Position numbers and translations under genes: made by a program. The notes beneath the pieces were generated by a model. It saw only the letters and a program-made list of their open reading frames with translations, did not search any database and was not told the origin of the DNA. A stretch of DNA of 64,000 nucleotides from Planctomycetota bacterium (GTDB taxonomy: Bacteria > Planctomycetota > UBA8108 > SXIK01): contig OZ244999.1 of NCBI GenBank assembly GCA_965223265.1, positions 4,160,001-4,224,000 on the forward strand, given 5' to 3'. Shown piece after piece: positions 60,153-64,000 of the stretch; the first letter of the stretch is position 1; the number at the start of each line of letters is the position of its first letter.

Positions 60153-61428
60153 TCAGGCTCCCCACACACCGAAAACCGAGACAACGCCCCCGCGCGAGTG
60201 GAGGGCGCCCTCGACGGTATGACGAACGAGCGAGGTCCGCGGGGCCGATCCAGCTGCCGCCGCGCTCGCTCTTGACTCCGGTCGAGCCTCTGCACACCGC
60301 GTTCGTCTGACGTGCCGTGTCCGCTGCGTAGAACGCGGGATCGTAGTCATCTCGGCACCAATGCCAAACGTTCCCGGCCATGTGTCGAAGGCCGAAAGGC
60401 GAGAGTCCCAGTTGCTCGTTGACGTCCGCCAGCGGGAGATCCTGCAGACTGTATCTCTGGCGCCAGCGGTGGCACGCGACGCGCGCTCGCTCCGGGGTCG
60501 CATCTTCGTCGCCCCAGGGAAACCGTCGCCTGGTCGCGCCACGAGCCGCGTACTCCCACTGAGCTTCCGACGGCAGGCAGCTCAGGTCCGTCGCGTCGTC
60601 TCGCCAGTCCAAGCCGTTCGCCCACAGCGAGTAGGCGTTCGCCCCATACCAGGAGACGAGAACGACCGGCCACTGCTCCGTGCCTCGAACCGGCTCCCAA
60701 ACGCTGCCGCGCTTCTTGATGGGAGCGTGCTCCACGCGACGATCTCCAGGCGCTAGGACAAACCAACGACCTAGCGTTTCCGAGTTCGCGATCGAAATCG
60801 AGTTCAGAAATCGAGCAAAAGCCGTCGTCGAGACAGGCTCAACGTCGATCAGAAATGCGTCGAGCTTCACCTCGTGTAGCGGCTGCTCATCGGCGTGGGC
60901 GCCGTCCTCGGCCGCACCGATCTCCACCGTAGCGCTCGGCACGAGCACGCACTGCATACCATCCGTTTGGCGGCGAAAAAGCGCGAAGCCCTGATCATTC
61001 TCGCCGAGCGGATCGTAGAGGTCCTGCTGGTCTCGCGCAGCGTCCGAGGCTACCCCTCCAAGCTGGGTGAAGAGCGCCTTCGCGCCCGGTCGCAGCTTCT
61101 CCGACGCTTTCGTCCACTCGCTCCGCTCCAGGTAGCCCGCTTGCGACTGCAGATAGATAGTCTCCGCGAGATCCCTGATCCGGAAAGGCGCCCGGGTAAA
61201 AACCTGCTTGCAGACCGGATTCTCGGGTTTGTCGGGAAGCCGGACATCGAACGCCTCTTCGAGTTCCATGACGAGCTCGATCAACGCCAGGCTATCCATT
61301 CCCAGATCACCCAAAATCGTCAGGTCGAGGTGCAGCTCGCGTCGATCGACGCCCGTGTGCTTCGCGACCACGTCGCAGACACGACGTTCGATCTCTGCGA
61401 GTGAAGGCGGTGTGGAAAACTCGCTCAT
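60142..61428 (-). CDS. Acyl-carrier-protein domain fused to an FGE-sulfatase (SUMF1/EgtB/PvdO-like) domain
   Basis: DLGMDSLALIELVMELEEAFDV; DEQPLHEV, PVVLVSW, LPSEAQWEYAARG, MAGNVWHW, RGGSW, GFRC. Confidence 0.85.
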   Translation of the reverse strand: MSEFSTPPSLAEIERRVCDVVAKHTGVDRRELHLDLTILGDLGMDSLALIELVMELEEAFDVRLPDKPENPVCKQVFTRAPFRIRDLAETIYLQSQAGYLERSEWTKASEKLRPGAKALFTQLGGVASDAARDQQDLYDPLGENDQGFALFRRQTDGMQCVLVPSATVEIGAAEDGAHADEQPLHEVKLDAFLIDVEPVSTTAFARFLNSISIANSETLGRWFVLAPGDRRVEHAPIKKRGSVWEPVRGTEQWPVVLVSWYGANAYSLWANGLDWRDDATDLSCLPSEAQWEYAARGATRRRFPWGDEDATPERARVACHRWRQRYSLQDLPLADVNEQLGLSPFGLRHMAGNVWHWCRDDYDPAFYAADTARQTNAVCRGSTGVKSERGGSWIGPADLARSSYRRGRPPLARGRCLGFRCVGSLTAC

Positions 61429-61496
61429 GTGTCTACCTCAATTTCATTGCGCCCGCCAGGCGACCACATCCGCGGATCCAAGACTCTCCGGCTCTT

Positions 61497-61576
61497 CTCT
61501 GCGCGACTCTGCGTCCTCCGTGGTGAAAGATCTTTTCTTGGAAGAAGTCCACCACAGGACGCAGAGTCGCGCAGAG
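61497..61576. repeat. Intergenic inverted repeat of a second REP-like class
   Basis: ctctgcgcgactctgcgtcct (61497-61517) pairs perfectly with 61556-61576. Confidence 0.75.
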
Positions 61577-61712
61577 TGAGAGTGAAGAGAATCTCAAGAA
61601 AATCCTAAGTTGAGTGAATCCGCCCCGCGCGATCGCGCGTACTGAACTACAAAGCGTCGCGACGTAGCTGACTGATTCGATCTGCAAACTCACTCTTCTT
61701 GGAGACCTCACG

Positions 61713-63170
61713 ATGTCCCGAAAATCAATCTCTGTCCCGGTGCTGATTCTCAGCCTCTTCGCTGCAGGCCAAGCAAGGGCCGCCAGCCACAGTGATGCTC
61801 CGCGCATCAAGCAAGATCCGCAAGCCAACATAACAGACGTCTATGCATTTATCGGCGAACGCTACAACGACCCGAGCCGCCGGGTCCTGAATGTGATCGT
61901 CCAAGTACGCCCGTTCTCCGAGCCCGGCGATGGGCCCCACTACGAACGATTCGCCGATGACGCGCGCTACAGCATTCACATAACAAGCCCGACGACGGGC
62001 AGAACGCTGATGCGCTACGACTTTCACTTCTCCGAAATCGACGGCGACGTGAAGAATCCCGACACGATTCTTTCGTACGGCTTCGCGAATGAAGCCGGAC
62101 CCATTCAGGAGATCGGAGACGCGCGTCAGAACTTCACGCAAACCTATTGGGTTGGACGCGTTGGTGAAGGATCCGAATGGACTCTTGGTACAGACCTACT
62201 CACCGCCCCACCGAACGCTGGCGGCAACGTCACGCCGAGCTACAACGATGCGGACGGACGCGCAGTCTCCGGAGCAGTCGACTTCGCAAGCCTCGACGTC
62301 TACACGCAGCAAGCCATCCAGGAGCTCCCGAACGGCGAGGTGGTCTTCGCCGGCTCTCGCGACGACGGTTTCTACGCTGACATCCCTGGAATCTTCGATC
62401 TGCTCAACGTACGAATCCTCGACAACAACGGCAACCTCGAGGACGGTCTCGGACAGGACGGCGGCGGTGTCGACGGCTTCAAAGGGTTCAACGTGCTGTC
62501 CTACGCCATTCAGATTCCTGTTGAAATGCTCCCTGCCAGCGACTTCGACACTGTATTCTTCGGAGAACAGGTCGGTGTTGGCGTCTACGCTTCGGTGAGC
62601 CGACGCGCGGTGCGCAAACTCAAAGCAGACGGTACGCGTCGCCATAGCGGTCCTTGGGTCCAGGTGAACCGCATGGGAAACCCCGTGTTCAACGAGGCCT
62701 TCGTTCCTCTGCGTGACAAAGACCGCTACAACGTCACCTCACCGGTGAACGACGCCCAGTTCGCGACGTACGCACGAAACCCCGAACTGGCGTTTCTCAT
62801 CAACACCCTCTATGGACTCACCATCCCTGAGGGTGGTCGTGAAGACCTCGTCGCGATCTTCATTCCGGACGTCCTCCGAGTCGTCACAACCACAGGCCCG
62901 GTGACTCTGGCTGGTCAACCGGGTTTCCGTCGGCTCGGTTTCCTTCAAGGGGACAACACGGCTGGCATCTCCAGCGGATTCCCCAATGGTCGCCGATTAG
63001 GCGACGACGTGATCGACGTCGCACTGACGGCCCTCGCGAGTGGACCAACATTCGAAGCAATCACCGTCGTCGGCGACAACGTTGCTGCAAATGACGTTCC
63101 CTTCCTGCAGGTGTTCCCTTACTCGGCGACGCCTCACTCCGGCACGAACAATCGGAAAGACCCCGAGTGA
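61713..63170 (+). CDS. DUF4331 family secreted protein
   Basis: AASHSDAP, ITDVYAF, FAGSRDDGF, QVNRMGNP, GFPNGRRLGDDVID, FPY. Confidence 0.9.
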   Translation: MSRKSISVPVLILSLFAAGQARAASHSDAPRIKQDPQANITDVYAFIGERYNDPSRRVLNVIVQVRPFSEPGDGPHYERFADDARYSIHITSPTTGRTLMRYDFHFSEIDGDVKNPDTILSYGFANEAGPIQEIGDARQNFTQTYWVGRVGEGSEWTLGTDLLTAPPNAGGNVTPSYNDADGRAVSGAVDFASLDVYTQQAIQELPNGEVVFAGSRDDGFYADIPGIFDLLNVRILDNNGNLEDGLGQDGGGVDGFKGFNVLSYAIQIPVEMLPASDFDTVFFGEQVGVGVYASVSRRAVRKLKADGTRRHSGPWVQVNRMGNPVFNEAFVPLRDKDRYNVTSPVNDAQFATYARNPELAFLINTLYGLTIPEGGREDLVAIFIPDVLRVVTTTGPVTLAGQPGFRRLGFLQGDNTAGISSGFPNGRRLGDDVIDVALTALASGPTFEAITVVGDNVAANDVPFLQVFPYSATPHSGTNNRKDPE

Positions 63171-63265
63171 CCCTTTCCTATGACGGCGGAGCGCCGTGAG
63201 CAGTCCGAACGGTTCACCAGCTCCGCCGTCCCCCTTCGCCTATCAACACCCGCAAAGGAGTCAAC

Positions 63266-64000
63266 ATGAACTACGCAAGAGCAATTCCCTCGCTGTCCGC
63301 TCTGCTCCTCTCGACGACCGTTACCGTCTCCATCGCCGCTCACGAGTTTTGGATAGAACCCGCGTCCCACCGCGTCGAAGCCGGTCAACTCCTTCGCGCT
63401 AGTTTGAGGGTCGGCGAACGATTTCAAGGCAAGACCGTGGCACGCGACGAAACAGTGATTAAGCGTTTCTCTCTGTTCGACCGCGAAGGCGAACACGCAG
63501 TTGTCGGGCGCTCCGGGTCTCCCGTCCATCTCGTGCGCGCCCAAGGTGTCGGCGTCGGCGTCTTGGCTTACCGCAGCCACCGGAGCTCTCATCGTATGGA
63601 CGCCGATCAATTCGAACGGTACCTCCGTGGAGAGGGGCTCGACTTTGTCATCAAACGCCGCGCGGTGTTGAATGAGTCCGACGCGCCCGGGAGGGAGGTG
63701 TACTCGCGCTGCGCCAAGGCGCTGGTGCTGATCGGAAAGGGCGACGACGTCGAGAATGGGTATGACCGACGTGTCGGCCACCCCCTGGAAATCGTCCCGA
63801 ACACGAGCCCGTTCGCTCTGGCAGCTGGTGAAACGCTGCGGTTCCAGGTCCTCTTCCACGGCCAACCGCTAGCAGGTTCCAAGGTGGTCTTCGTGAACCA
63901 ACGCGAACCGAGAAAGCTTCGCACTTCAGTCACAGATGCCAGCGGCAAAGTCGAGCTTCAACCAATCACGTCGGGACGCTGGATGGTAACGACGATTCAC
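63266..64000 (+). CDS. DUF4198 family protein (runs off right edge)
   Basis: RBS aaggag; AHEFWIEP, VGERFQG, FERYLRGEGL, EVYSRCAKAL, LEIVP. Confidence 0.85.
   Translation, partial: MNYARAIPSLSALLLSTTVTVSIAAHEFWIEPASHRVEAGQLLRASLRVGERFQGKTVARDETVIKRFSLFDREGEHAVVGRSGSPVHLVRAQGVGVGVLAYRSHRSSHRMDADQFERYLRGEGLDFVIKRRAVLNESDAPGREVYSRCAKALVLIGKGDDVENGYDRRVGHPLEIVPNTSPFALAAGETLRFQVLFHGQPLAGSKVVFVNQREPRKLRTSVTDASGKVELQPITSGRWMVTTIH

Noticed and set aside
60142-61428. Formylglycine-generating enzyme maturing the two sulfatases
   Set aside because: Catalytic cysteine motif absent and an ACP domain is fused.

Overview
GC-rich bacterial DNA, very likely from a Planctomycetota genome (DUF1549/DUF1553/DUF1501 and DUF1592 families, sulfatases, dockerin-tailed secreted proteins). 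All family calls come from motifs recognised by eye; no database search was run. The centre of the window (~13.1-33.0 kb) is a genomic island beside tRNA-Pro(GGG). It opens with two paralogous tyrosine integrases separated by the 3' half of a different tRNA (Val-GAC). Its main cargo is one ~1530-codon M36 (fungalysin-like) metalloprotease gene cut into four undecayed pieces by three unrelated mobile elements: a RIT trio, an IS4/ISH8-like element with a 10-bp TSD, and a five-gene TG...CA DDE+AAA transposon with a 6-bp TSD that carries a primase-type zinc-finger gene. A fourth IS truncates the island on the right. Outside the island are a RAYT-type HUH transposase followed by an 8-unit head-to-tail GTAG-REP array, dispersed copies of that REP, two copies of a MITE, a Coq4/Mpo1/patatin operon, ybbP-ybbA/tesA, a sigma54 redox module and an acyl-carrier-protein/FGE-domain fusion.
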